Assembly: GCF_018977255.1 (NCBI RefSeq)
Contig: NW_024704742.1
Span: 1-64,000 of the forward strand
Origin: Callorhinchus milii
Taxonomy: Eukaryota
Length of the DNA stretch: 64,000 bases
Direction: 5' to 3'
Position numbers and translations under genes: made by a program. Position 1 is the stretch's first letter; every line of letters starts with the position of its first letter. Shown here in pieces: positions 1 through 12,519 of this stretch. The notes under the pieces were generated by a model. It did no database searches, was not told where the DNA came from, and was given only the letters and a program-made list of their open reading frames with translations.

Positions 1-3000
1 TCTCATTTCAATCCTCCTGTCACTATCTTTTACTCGTATTTCTATGTGAAGTCTCAGTCAGAAATAGGAACTACCTATTTGAGCTGTGACACCATGTTGT
101 ATTGGTGTCTCTTGTGGTAAAGTAATGAGTCCTGCAGCTCAGGAGCGGAGTCCTTTAGCTCAGTGGTTAGAGCACTCGCTTTGCAAGCTGGAGACACGAG
201 TTCAATTCCAGGCAGAGGGCGAAACCTTGGGCAAGTTTCCTTACTCCACACAGAGCCTAATAAAATCCCTCCAAAAACCCAAAACAATAACAAATTGGTA
301 ATTTTCAATCTACAACTGTTTGTGGGACATTGCTGTGCACAATTGGCTGCCGCGTTCGCCCACAAATATACAGTCAATTCACTTTACAGTGTGTTCTGTG
401 AAGCGGTTTATGACGTCCTCCCGAAGTGAAAAGCGCTACATCAAAATGCAAGGATTATTATGTAAATCTATCTGTATTTACTGCTTACGGGAGTGAGTTC
501 CGCATAGTGCTGCCCTCTGTCTGAAGAAGTTCCTTCTAAATTCTCATTTCAATCCTCCAGTCACTATCTTATACTCGTATTTCTGAGTGAAGTCTCAGTC
601 AGAAATAGGAACTACCAATTTGAGCTGTGACACCATGTTGTATTGGTGTCACTTGTGCCATTGTTATTGTTCCTGCAGCTCAAGTGGGGAGTACTGTAAC
701 TCAGTGGTTAGAGCACTCGCTTTGCAAGTGGGAGACCTGAGTTCAATTCCTGGCAGGGCGAAACCTTGGGCAAGTTTCCTTACCCCACACGCCTAATAAT
801 AATTCCTCCAAAACCAAAAATAATAATAAATTGGTCATTTTCAATCCACGACTGTTTGTGGGACATAGCTGTGCGCAATTGGCTGCCGCCTTCTCCCACA
901 AATATACAGTTAATTCACTTTGCATTGACGGTTTGAGACGTCCTCCCGATGTGAAAAGCGCTATATCAAAATGCAAGGATTATTATATTATGTAAATCTA
1001 TCTGTATTATCTGCTTCAATTACTACTTATGGGAGTGAGTTCCGCATAGTGCTGCCCTCTGTCTGAAGAAGTTCCTTCTAAATTCTCATTTCATTCCTCC
1101 AGTCACTATCTTATACTCGTATTTCTATGTGAAGTCTCAGTCAGAAATAGGAACTACCTATTTGAGCTGTGACACCATGTTGTATTGGTGTCACTTGTGG
1201 CAATGTAATCAGTCCTGCAGCTCAGGTGGGGAGTCCTGTAGCTCAGTGGTGAGAGCACTCGCTTTGCAAGTGGGAGACCTGAGTTCAATTCCTGGCAGGG
1301 CGAAACCTTGGGCAAGTTTCCTTACCCACAAGCCTAATAATAATTCCTCCAAAACCAAAAATAATAATAAATTGGTCATTTTCAATCCACGACTGTTTGT
1401 GGGACATAGCTGTGCGCAATTGGCTGCCGCGTTCGCCCACAAATATACAGTTAATTCACTTTGCAGTGTGTTCTGTGAAGCGGTTTAGACGTCCTCCCGA
1501 TGTGAAAAGCGCTACATCAAAATGCAAGGATTTATTATGTAAATCTATCTGTATTATCTGCTTCAATTACTACTTACGGGAGTGAGTTCCGCATAGTGCT
1601 GCCCTCTGTCTGAAGAAGTTCCTTCTAAATTCTCATTTCAATTCTCCAGTCACTATCTTATACTCGTATTTCTATGTGAAGTCTCAGTCAGAAATAGGAA
1701 CTACCTATTTGAGCTGTGACACCATGTTGTATTGGTGTCACTTGTGCATGTTATTGTTCCTGCAGCTCAGGTGGGGAGTCCTGTACTCAGTGGTTAGAGC
1801 ACTCGCTTTGCAAGTGGGAGACCTGAGTTCAATTCCTGGCAGGGCGAAACCTTGGGCAAGTTTCCTTACCCCACACGCCTAATAATAATTCCTCCAAAAC
1901 CAAAAATAATAATAAATTGGTCATTTTCAATCCATGACTGTTTGTGGGACATAGCTGTGCGCAATTGGCTGCCGCGTTCGCCCACAAATATACAGTTAAT
2001 TCACTTTGCAGTGTGTTCTGTGAAGCGGTTTGAGACGTCCTCCCGATGTGAAAAGCGCTATATCAAAATGCAAGGATTATTATTATTATGTAAATCTATC
2101 TGTATTATCTGCTTCAATTACTACTTATGGGAGTGAGTTCCGCATAGTGCTGCCCTCTGTCTGAAGAAGTTCCTTCTAAATTCTCATTTCATTCCTCCAG
2201 TCACTATCTTATACTCGTATTTCTATGTGAAGTCTCAGTCAGAAATAGGAACTACCTATTTGAGCTGTGACACCATGTTGTATTGGTGTCACTTGTGGCA
2301 ATGTAATCAGTCCTGCAGCTCAGGTGGGGAGTCCTGTAGCTCAGTGGTTAGAGCACTCGCTTTGCAAATGGGAGACCCGAGTTCAATTCCTGGCAGGGCG
2401 AAACCTTGGGCAAGTTTCCTTACCCCACACGCCTAATAATAATTCCTCCAAAACCAAAAATAATAATAAATTGGTCATTTTCAATCCATGACTGTTTGTG
2501 GGACATAGCTGTGTGCAATTGGCTGCCGCGTTCGCCCACAAATATACAGTCAATTCACTTTACAGTGTGTTCTGTGAAGCGGTTTAAGACGTCCTCCCGA
2601 AGTGAAAAGCGCTACATCAAAATGCAAGGATTATTATGTAAATTTATCTGTATTATCTGCTTCAATTACTGCTTACGGGAGTGAGTTCCGCATAGTGCTG
2701 CCCTCTGTCTGAAGAAGTTCCTTCTAAATTCTCATTTCAATTCTCCAGTCACTATCTTATACTCGTATTTCTATGTGAAGTCTCAGTCAGAAATACGAAC
2801 TACCTATTTGAGCTGTGACACCATGTTGTATTGGTGTCACTTGTGCCATTGTTATTGTTCCTGCAGCTCAAGTGGGGAGTACTGTAACTCAGTGGTTAGA
2901 GCACTCGCTTTGCAAGTGGGAGACCTGAGTTCAATTCCTGGCAGGGCGAAACCTTGGGCAAGTTTCCTTACCCCACACGCCTAATAATAATTCCTCCAAA

Positions 3001-5172
3001 ACCCAAAATAATAATAAATTGGTCATTTTCAATCCATGACTGTTTGTGGGACATAGCTGTGCGCAATTGGCTGCTGCGTTCGCCCACAAATATAGAGTTA
3101 ATTCACTTTGCAGTGTGTTCTGTGAAGCGGTTTGAGACGTCCTCCCGATGTGAAAAGCGCTATATCAAAAGGCAAGGATTATTATTATTATGTAAATCTA
3201 TCTGTATTATCTGCTTAAATTACTACTTATGGGAGTGAGTTCCGCATAGTGCTGCCCTCTGTCTGAAGAAGTTCCTTCTAAATTCTCATTTCAATCCTCC
3301 AGTCACTATCTTATACTCGTATTTCTATGTGAAGTCTCAGTCAGAAATAGGAACTACCAATTTGAGCTGTGACACCATGTTGTATTGGTGTCACTTGTGC
3401 CATTGTTATTATTCCTGCAGCTCAAGTGGGGAGTACTGTAACTCAGTGGTTAGAGCACTCGCTTTGCAAGTGGGAGACCTGAGTTCAATTCCTGGCAGGG
3501 CGAAACCTTGGGCAAGTTTCCTTACCCCACACGCCTAATAATAATTCCTCCAAAACCAAAAATAATAATAAATTGGTCATTTTCAATCCATGACTGTTTG
3601 TGGGACATAGCTGTGCGCAATTGGCTGCCGCGTTCGCCCACAAATATACAGTTAATTCACTTTGCATTGCGGTTTGAGACGTCCTCCCGATGTGAAAAGC
3701 GCTATATCAAAATGCAAGGATTATTATTATTATGTAAATCTATCTGTATTATCTGCTTCAATTACTACTTATGGGAGTGAGCTCCGCATAGTGCTGCCGT
3801 CTGTCTGAAGAAGTTCCTTCTAAATTCTCATTTCATTCCTCCAGTCACTATCTTATACTCGTATTTCTATGTGAAGTCTCAGTCAGAAATAGGAACTACC
3901 TATTTGAGCTGTGACACCATGTTGTATTGGTGTCACTTGTGGAAATGTAATCAGTCCTGCAGCTCAGGTGGGGAGTCCTGTAGCTCAGTGGTGAAAGCAC
4001 TCGCTTTGCAAATGGGAGACCCGAGTTCAATTCCTGGCAGGGCGAAACCTTGGGCAAGTTTCCTTACACCACACGCCTAATAATAATTCCTCCAAAACCA
4101 AAAATAATAATAAATCGGTCATTTTCAATCGACGACTGTTTGTGGGACATAGCTGTGTGCAATTGGCTGCCGCCTTCTCCCACAAATATAGAGTTAATTC
4201 ACTTTGCAGTGTGTTCTGTGAAGCGGTTTATGACGTCCTCCCGATGTGAAAAGTGCTATATCAAAATGCAAGGATTATTATTATTATGTAAATCTATCTG
4301 TATTATCTGCTTCAATTACTACTTACGGGAGTGAGTTCCGCATAGTGCTGCCCTCTGTCTGAAGAAGTTCCTTCTAAATTCTCATTTCAATCCTCCAGTC
4401 ACTATCTTATACTCGTATTTCTGAGTGAAGTCTCAGTCAGAAATAGGAACTACCAATTTGAGCTGTGACACCATGTTGTATTGGTGTCACTTGTGCCATT
4501 GTTATTGTTCCTGCAGCTCAAGTGGGGAGTACTGTAACTCAGTGGTTAGAGCACTCGCTTTGCAAGTGGGAGACCTGAGTTCAATTCCTGGCAGGGCGAA
4601 ACCTTGGGCAAGTTTCCTTACCCCACACGCCTAATAATAATTCCTCCAAAACCAAAAATAATAATAAATTGGTCATTTTCAATCCATGACTGCTTGTGGG
4701 ACATAGCTGTGCGCAATTGGCTGCTGCGTTCGCCCACAAATATAGAGCTAATTCACTTTGCAGTGTGTTCTGTGAAGCGGTTTGAGACGTCCTCCCGATG
4801 TGAAAAGCGCTATATCAAAATGCAAGGATTATTATCATTATGTTAATCTATCTGTATTATCTGCTTAATTTACTACTTATGGGAGTGAATTCCGCATAGT
4901 GCTGCCCTCTGTCTGAAGAAGTTCCTTCTAAATTCTCATTTCAATCCTCCAGTCACTATCTTGTACTCGTATTTCTATGTGAAGTCTCAGTCAGAAATAG
5001 GAACTACCAATTTGAGCTGTGACACCATGTTGTATTGGTGTCACTTGTGCCATTGTTATTGTTCCTGCAGCTCAAGTGGGGAGTACTGTAACTCAGTGGT
5101 TAGAGCACTCGCTTTGCAAGTGGGAGACCTGAGTTCAATTCTGGCAGGGCGAAACCTTGGGCAAGTTTCCTT
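1..5172 (+). repeat. Tandem array of SINE-containing units (9 complete + 1 truncated; period 541-554 bp); may extend left of the window
   Basis: The motif tctcatttca..cc(t)cc recurs at 1, 542, 1084, 1631, 2182, 2730, 3284, 3826, 4380 and 4934. Each unit is ~230 bp of spacer plus a tRNA-headed SINE ending aaatgcaagg(att)n. The last SINE is cut at ~5172. Confidence 0.97.
147..460 (+). mobile_element. tRNA(Ala)-derived Deu-domain SINE in array unit 1 (same element in every unit)
   Basis: A box TAGCTCAGTGG, anticodon loop TTTGCAA, B box GAGTTCAATTCC, central tgtttgtgggacattgctgtg..aattggctgccgcgtt, L2-like tail and (att)n. Confidence 0.93.
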
Positions 5173-5179
5173 TCCTTGC

Positions 5180-8100
5180 GCTAAAGAAGAAATAAGACAG
5201 AAGAGGAAAATTGGGCGAGAGTGCGTGTTAGGAGGATTGGAATAGAGAGGAGAAAGATTCTGATAAAGAGTGATAGAGAGAGAAAGTGTGACAGGAGAAA
5301 TATTCTGATTGAGAGAGTGTGACAGAGACGGAAAAGGTTGTAATAGAGAGGAGAAAGATTGTGATAGAGAGGAGAAAGATTGCACAAGAGAGAAAGTGTG
5401 ATAGAGAGAAAGAACGATTCTGAAAGAGAGAAAGTGTGTTAGAAAGAATGAGAAATATTGTGATAAAGAAGTAATGTGAGAGAGGAGAAAATTGAGCGAG
5501 AGAAGGACAATGATAGAGAGAAAGAGAAAGTATGATAAAGATTGCAATAGAAAGTGATAGAGAGAAAGTGTGATAGAGGGTAAAGATTTTGATAGAGAGA
5601 AAGTGACAGGAGAAAGATTCTGATAGAAAGAACGATAGAGAGGAGAGATTAAAATAGAGGGAAAGTGATAGAGAGGAGAAAGATTGCAATAGAAGAGAAA
5701 GTGTGTTAGAAAGATTGGAATAGAGGGAGAGGGTGCGATAAAGAGGAGAAAGATTGCAATATAAAGTGTGAAAGAGGGAAAAAGATGTAACAGAGAGGAG
5801 AAATATTCTGATAGAAAGGGTGATAGAGAGGGCAAAGATTGCAGTAGAGATAAAGTGTGAGAGAAAGAAAGATTCCGATAGAGGGAGAAATTGTGTTAGA
5901 AAGGAGAAATTTTGTGATAGAGAGAGTAAGTATAATACAGAAGCAGAAAATTTGCAGTAAAGAAGAAATGTGAGAGAGGAGGAAAATTGGGTGACAGGAG
6001 AGCGATAGAGAGAGAGTGTGTGTTAGAAGGAATGGAATAGAGAGAGACAAGGTGTGATAGAGGAGGAAGACTGCAATAGAGAAAAAGTGTAAGAGAGGAG
6101 AAAGATTACAATAGAGAGAAAGTGTGTTAGAAAGATTGGAATAGAGAGAGAAAGAGAGAAAGTATGATAGTGATGAGAAAGATTGTAATAGAGAGGAGAA
6201 GGACGGCAAAAGAGAGAGTGTGATGGAGAGAAGGAGAAAGATTGCGATAGAGAGAAAGTGTGATAAAGAGGAGAAAGATTGTAATATACAGAGGCAAAGT
6301 ACGATTGAGTGAGAAAGTGCGAAAGGGAAAGAAAGTCTTAGAAAGGAGAAAGATTGGAACAGAGAGAGAAAGTGAAAGAGAAGGAGAAAGATTGCCATAG
6401 AGAAAGTGTGATAGAGAGGGAAAAGATTGTAATAGAGAGAAAGAAAGATTGTAACAGAAAAAGTGTGATAGAGAGGGAAAAGATTGTAATAGAGAGAAAG
6501 AAAGATTGTAACAGAAAAAGTGTGATAGAGAGGCAAAGATTGTAATAGAGAGAGAACTGTGATATAGAGAAAGAGATCGATTCTGATAAAGTGTGCTAGA
6601 AAGAAGCAGAAAGATTGTGATGGAGAGAGAGAAAGTATAATAGAGAGGAGGAAAATTGGGCGAGAGAAGGAGAGCAATAGAGAGAAAGTGTTAGAAGGAT
6701 TGGAATAGAGAGATATAAAGTATGATAGGGAGCAAAAAGATTGCAATAGAGAGAAAGTGTAATAGATGGAGAGACATTCTGATAGAGTGAAAGAGGGAAA
6801 AGTTTGTGACAGAGACGGAAAAGGTTTATTAGAGAGGAGAAAGAGTGAAAGAGGAGAGATTAAAATAGAGAGAAAGTGTGGTAGAGAAGAGAAAGGATGC
6901 AAGAGAGAGAACGTGTTAGAAAGATTGGAATAGAGAGAGAGGACTTGTGATAGAGAAGGAGAAAGATTGCAATACAGAAAAAGTGTGACAGAAGGAGAAA
7001 GATTGCGATAGAGTGGAAGTGTGATAAAGAGGAAAAATATTGCAATAGAGAGAGCAAGTGTGACAGAGAGAAAGTGTGTTAGAAAGAAGGAGAAACATTG
7101 CGATGGCGAGAAGGAGAAATATTGTGATACACAGAAAGTGTGACAGAGGCGGAAAAGGTTGTAATAGAGAGAAGGCGAACGATTCAGACAGGAGTGATAG
7201 AGAGAGACAAAGTATGATGGAGAGAAGGTTGCATTAGAGGGAGAAAGATTGTGATTGAGAATAGGGGAAAGGTTGCACAAGAGAGAAGATTGCGATAGAG
7301 GAGAAAAATTCTGATAGAAAGAGTGATAGAGAGGGTAAAGATTGTAATAGAGACAAAGAGAACGATTCTGATAGAGAGAAAGTGTGTTAGAAAGATTGGA
7401 ATAGAGAGAGACAAAGTATGATAGAAAGGAGAAATATTGCAATAGAGAGAAGGAGAAAGATTCTGATAGAAAGGAAAAGGTTGCAATAGTGAGAGAAAAC
7501 GTGATGGAGAAACATTGCAATACACAGAAAGTGCGATAGAGAAGGTGAAAGATTCTGATAGCAGTGAGAGAGAGGGCAATGTTTGTAATAGAGAGACAAA
7601 GTATGATGGAGAGAAGGAGAAAGATTGCATTAGACAATGAAAGTGTGATAGAGAGGAGAAATATTCTGATAGAGAAAGTGACAGATACGGAAAACAACAA
7701 CAAGATTCCATTTAAAAAGTGCCTTTCACGTCAGGAGAACGTCCCAAGGCGCTTGGGTTGTAACAGAGAGGAGAAAGATTGTGATAGAGAGAAAAAGTGT
7801 GGTAGAGAGAAAGAGAACGATTCTGAGAGAGAAAGTGTGTTAGAAAGATTGGAATAGAGAGAGACAAAGTATGATAGAGAGCAGAAAGATTGCAACAGGA
7901 AAACTGATAGAGAGGAGAAAGATTGCAATAGAGACAAAGTGTAATAGAGAAAGATTTTGATAGAAAGGAAAAGGTTGTAATAGAAAGAGAAAGTGTGTTA
8001 GAAAGAAGGAGAAACATTGCGATTGCGAGAAGGAGAAATATTGTGATAGACAGAAAGAGCGATAGAGACGGAACAGGTTGTAATAGAGAGAGACTAAATA

Positions 8101-8670
8101 TGATGGAGAGAAGGTAAGATTGCAATAGAGTGAAAGTGTGATAGGAGAAAGATTGTGATAGAGAAAAGGAGAAAGATTGCAAAAGAGATAGAGAGGAGAA
8201 AGATTAAGATAGAGAGGAAGAAAGATTGTAACAGAAAAAGTGTGATAAAGAGGAGGAAGATTCTGATAGAGAGAAAGTGTGACAGACGAAAAAGGTTGTA
8301 ATAGAGAGGAGAAAGATTCTGATAGAAAGTGTGATAGAGAGGGCAAAGATTGTAATAGAGAGAAAGTGTAATAGAGAAGCAGAAAAATTGCGATAAAGAA
8401 GAAATGTGAGAGGAGGAAAATTAGGCGAGAGAAAGAGAGCGATAGAGAGAGAAAGTGTGTTAGAGAGGAGAAAGTGCAATAGAGAGAAGGAGAAAGATTC
8501 TGATCGAAAGAGTGATAGAGAGGTGAGAGATTAAAATAGAGCGAAAGTGTGATAGAGAAGAGAAAGTTTGGAATATAGAAGGAAATCATGAAAGATTGTG
8601 ATACGGATGAGAAAGATTGCAATAGAGAGAGAGTGATAGAGGAGAAAGATTTCAATAGAGAGAAAGTGTG
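5180..8670. repeat. Purine-rich (GA) scrambled satellite / low-complexity block 1
   Basis: Reshuffled motifs gatagagagaaagtgt, gagaaagattg(c/t)aatag and gtgttagaaagattggaatag. The + strand is almost devoid of C. Confidence 0.93.
7693..7757 (-). mobile_element. Short L2 LINE 3'-tail insertion inside the satellite
   Basis: acaacaacaagattccattt..gcctttcacgtcaggagaacgtcccaaggcgc matches the L2 3' end at 23550-23620. Confidence 0.8.
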
Positions 8671-8671
8671 A

Positions 8672-8976
8672 TAATAATAATCCTTGCATTTGCTATAGCG
8701 CTTTTCACGTCGGGAGGACGTCCCAAAGCACTTCACAGGACACACTGCAAAGTGAATTGACTGTATATTTGTGGGCAAACGCGGCAGCCAATTGTGCAGA
8801 GCAACGTCCCACAAACAGTTTTGGATTGAAAATGACCAATTTGTTTTTTCGAGGGATTATTATTAGGCTCTGTGTGGAGTAAGGAAACTTGCCCAAGGTT
8901 TCACCCTCTGCCTGGAATTGAACTCGGGTCTCTCACTTGCAAAGCGAGTGCTCTAACCACTGAGCTACAGGACTCT
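8672..8976 (-). mobile_element. Full-length tRNA-derived SINE
   Basis: Reverse complement of the SINE consensus, from the (aat)n tail to gagctacaggactc. Confidence 0.93.
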
Positions 8977-9219
8977 AGTAACCAACCCTGACACCAACTG
9001 ACTCAAACTACACTGAATCTGCCCTGACAAGCTAACTCAATCACCCTCTCAACTAAAACCAACTCTCAACAACTGGACTGAACTCACCCTGACAAATACA
9101 ACTCTCAACCAATCTCAGCATAAACTGACTCAACCAGTCTGAACCGAACCTGACTCGTGGCAGCCACACTGACGACACACAAATTCTCTGATCTCAGATC
9201 AAACTCTTGTAATAGAAGT

Positions 9220-10835
9220 TATCAAATCAAACCTTACACCAATTACAGTGTTGGACTTCAACCTCTGCGATTTATACCAATCTGTACCAATTAATTCTAC
9301 CCTCAACCCAAACTATCACCTCACCATGTTAACTCAGCAACATCTCCCCATCTTGTCCCTCTCAAACCCCAGTCTTTGATACTAACAACTTGTAGTCTCA
9401 ACCTCCAGTGTGAACCAGAGTTTAGCTCATATGTGGTTGGATGTCAGACATCCTGCATGAAGTCCACATAATGTTACCAAACCTCTGGAGTGTGGAAGAG
9501 TGCAAGAGAGAAAGATACAATCTTTGCCATCATCACAGGGTTCCCACTAGCACAGACTTGCCTTACCGAGTCTCAAGAAGCTAGAGAAAGAGAAATAGGG
9601 CATGAGCTTCAGTTGTCACCCTAAGCTTTCCAGGAATTTTCACTTTCCATAGAGTCCAATACGTCTAAGTTAGACACAGCTATAAACTAAAAGACCCTTT
9701 ACCTACATTGAACCAGTCTCAACACTAACCAATTCATGATCTACACTGAACCTGCCCAGACACAAAACAACTCAACACTGAACCAATCTCAGGATAAAAT
9801 GCATTAATAATACAATTCTCTGACATGGATTAACTCCACAACTGCCCTGAACCAACCTCAACAGACACTGACTCCACACCTTGTCACAGTATCTTATCTC
9901 TGGGTGAGAATTACACAATGTTTAAGTGCACTCTGAAAGAGCGATCCTTCTCTTCCCAATTTTGCAGGTTGTGAGGTAGTAACCAATAGAGTAACATTAT
10001 CCCAAAACTCTTACAAGTTCCTGAAATTCAGAGTTTGCATAATTAGTAATGTTAGAGTCAAGTGTCAGTGAAAACTCCAAACCTCAACAATTCTGGCTCA
10101 TCTCCACCTCCTCCCTTTTATACCTCAAATGTGCCAAAGACACTTTTTTTACCCAATCAATCCTGAGCACCTGGGACCCCTCTCTATGATCACAAACATT
10201 CACCTTATTTTGATGAGCCTTTGACTACCTCACAACCTGCACTGAACCAACTTGGACACAAACTAATGATCGACAAGTGCTCCAAACCATCTGTTGCATA
10301 AACTGATGCTCAACCAGTAAACTGAACCTACCTGGACAGACACTGGCTCTGGGCAAACAAAACCAACCTTCACACAGCTATTCGAGATTACCCAAAACCA
10401 AGCAAATTCACTGTCTAATCCGAAGATTAAACAGGTACCATCAAATCTGATTTTACACCATCTAACAAAAGTATATCTTCAATCTCTGATATTCCTACAA
10501 TCTGTGTCGATGAATTAAACCCTCAACCCAAACTGTGAGCTTAACACATTAATCCAGCAAGATCTCCTCCATCCTGTCCCTCTCAAACCCCAGTCTCTTT
10601 TATTAACGACTTCTAATCTCAACCTCCAGTGCGAATCAGAGTTAAGACTCGTATGTTTGGTTGTCAGACATCCTGCATGAAGTCCACACAGTGTTGCCAA
10701 ACCTCTGGAGTGTGGAATAGTGCAGGAAAGAATATACAACCTTTGCCATCATTACAGGGTTCCCACTACAGACTTAACTTACGTACCCTCCTTGAATCCC
10801 AAGGTGCTAGAGAGAGAAACAGGGCATTGGTTTCA
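9220..10835. repeat. Diverged local direct duplication (~9220-9615 vs ~10440-10835) within an A/C-rich degenerate region
   Basis: Shared blocks cctcaacccaaact, tgtccctctcaaaccccagtct, tgtcagacatcctgcatgaagtccaca, aacctctggagtgtggaa and cagggttcccacta. Confidence 0.85.
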
Positions 10836-10884
10836 GTCGACAGTTTTTGGTTCTCATTAGTACAGACTTGGCTTCTGGTGACAA

Positions 10885-11191
10885 TAATAATAACCTTGTA
10901 TTTGATATAGCACTTGTCATGTCTGATGTCTCAAAGCACTTCACAGAACGGACCATAAAGCAAATGGTCTATTTATTTGTGGGCAAAACGCAGCAGCCAA
11001 TTGCACATAGCAGCATCCCACAATCAGTCGTGGATTGAAAATAACCAATTTATTATTGTTTTGTTTTTTGGAGCAATTATTATTAGGCTTGTGGAGTAAG
11101 GAAACTTATCCAAGATTTCACCCTGCCTAGAATTGAACCCAGGTGTCTCACTTGCAAGGCGAGCGCTCTAACCACTGAACTACAGGATTCC
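10885..11191 (-). mobile_element. Older diverged tRNA-derived SINE
   Basis: Tail, Deu-like core and tRNA head (ctctaaccactgaactacaggattcc) on the minus strand. Confidence 0.88.
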
Positions 11192-11454
11192 ACCGAGCAA
11201 CTGAGCTCAGCCCATTAATCACTTATATCTCCCACGGTTTTCAGCTGCATCTCATCTCCAAACGATTCCTAGTTGGACATCTTTGACCAAAATCTAGATG
11301 ATGATTTAAAGACTAACACTGCAAAATAATAATTCTACATAACAATTCTGTCATCGCCATCTCTGAGACGAGTTGGACAATAAAAAAAGCCGGACTGTTC
11401 AAGAGTAGTTTACAATCTCCATTAAATAGATGGATGGCAACAAGGTCTTTAAAG

Positions 11455-12450
11455 TTCAAAGGTTAGAAAACAAAGTGATAAATAACTGAGTTTCTCCAGA
11501 AAGATAAACAGTTTAAGAAAATAAACAAAAATATGAACAAAAACACCATTGGGCACATTGGCAAGTGAGGAGAGTTACCCCAATAAGTGTCTGTGACAAA
11601 TACACATAGTATAAAAATAAAACAAGTTAAAAACACAAATTCAGCTTAAAGCATATGATGTAGTAGCCATTATAGAGACCTGGCTACAAGCCAGAAATTA
11701 CTGGAAGCTAAATATTCCAGGCTGTAAGATCTTCAGAAAGGATAAGGAAATTGGGAAAAGCAATATGGATAATACTGAAGTACACTAGTAGATAGAAAAG
11801 ACTTTAGTAAAGGTGATCAGGCTGTAGAAACACTATGGGTAGAATTAAAGAACAGCAAAGGAGGGAAGACTCTGATGGGAGTTGTCTACAGACTCTAGAG
11901 AGAAACATAACCAATTGTTTTTGAGACAAATTACACAATAAAAGGAGAAGCCAAACTGGCCAAGAGTTGCTTACAATTTATATGAAGAGCAGGTGGACAG
12001 TGCAAATGTCTCTGAAGCTCACAGGGCTGACAACATCCAAGGTTTGGACAACTTCCCTTCACAAACATTACTGACAATTTACAGCCCACCAGAAAGTTCC
12101 CACAAATACAGACTTACTTGATATAGTCCATAGAAAGACCAGCCTGAGCCAAGCGCCACCACACACAAACTGACCATTTCACTGCTCTGAACCACAAACC
12201 TCCAGCAACTTATCTGCTCTCTCTGAGTTGATGAGGTGACTCCTTCCTCCAATTGTTTGACTGAGCTCAGCCTTCGAGTTAAATACCCAAAGGTTCAGGT
12301 TTGACATGTGGCCAATGAGCGAATCACATTCCTCACGAGGTCCAGTTGAAGGTCCTCCCTTCACAGCTGGAAACAGTCAGTATCATCACATGGGCTATTG
12401 GCTATTGGATGGTTCAGAGAATTCACAGGTTTTATATTCATTACTTTAAA
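11455..12450 (+). repeat. ~1 kb direct repeat copy A (paralog of 15805-16810), containing a CR1 endonuclease fragment (~11635-11900)
   Basis: Colinear with 15805-16810 (ttagaaaacaaagtgata ... ggttttatatt). Frame reads QIQLKAYDVVAIIETWLQ..LNIPGCKIFRKD, a CR1-type APE endonuclease N-terminus. Confidence 0.85.
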
Positions 12451-12519
12451 GCATTTACCCTTTTCTAGAATTTCCTATTAAATGCTTCATCAAACACAAC
12501 ATCAAATTACGAACACTAA

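Noticed and set aside
1..5172. CRISPR-like array or tandem small-protein genes (MKSQSEIG.., MGKFPY..)
   Set aside because: Whole units, spacers included, are near-identical ~550-bp copies in vertebrate DNA with no cas genes; the ORFs are SINE translations with non-ATG starts and variable frameshifts.
5706..7703. 665-aa ORF and other long Leu/Ser/Phe-rich minus-strand ORFs in 5-15.6 kb
   Set aside because: They translate the pyrimidine strand of the GA satellite, which is stop-poor in several frames at once; no domain or splice structure.
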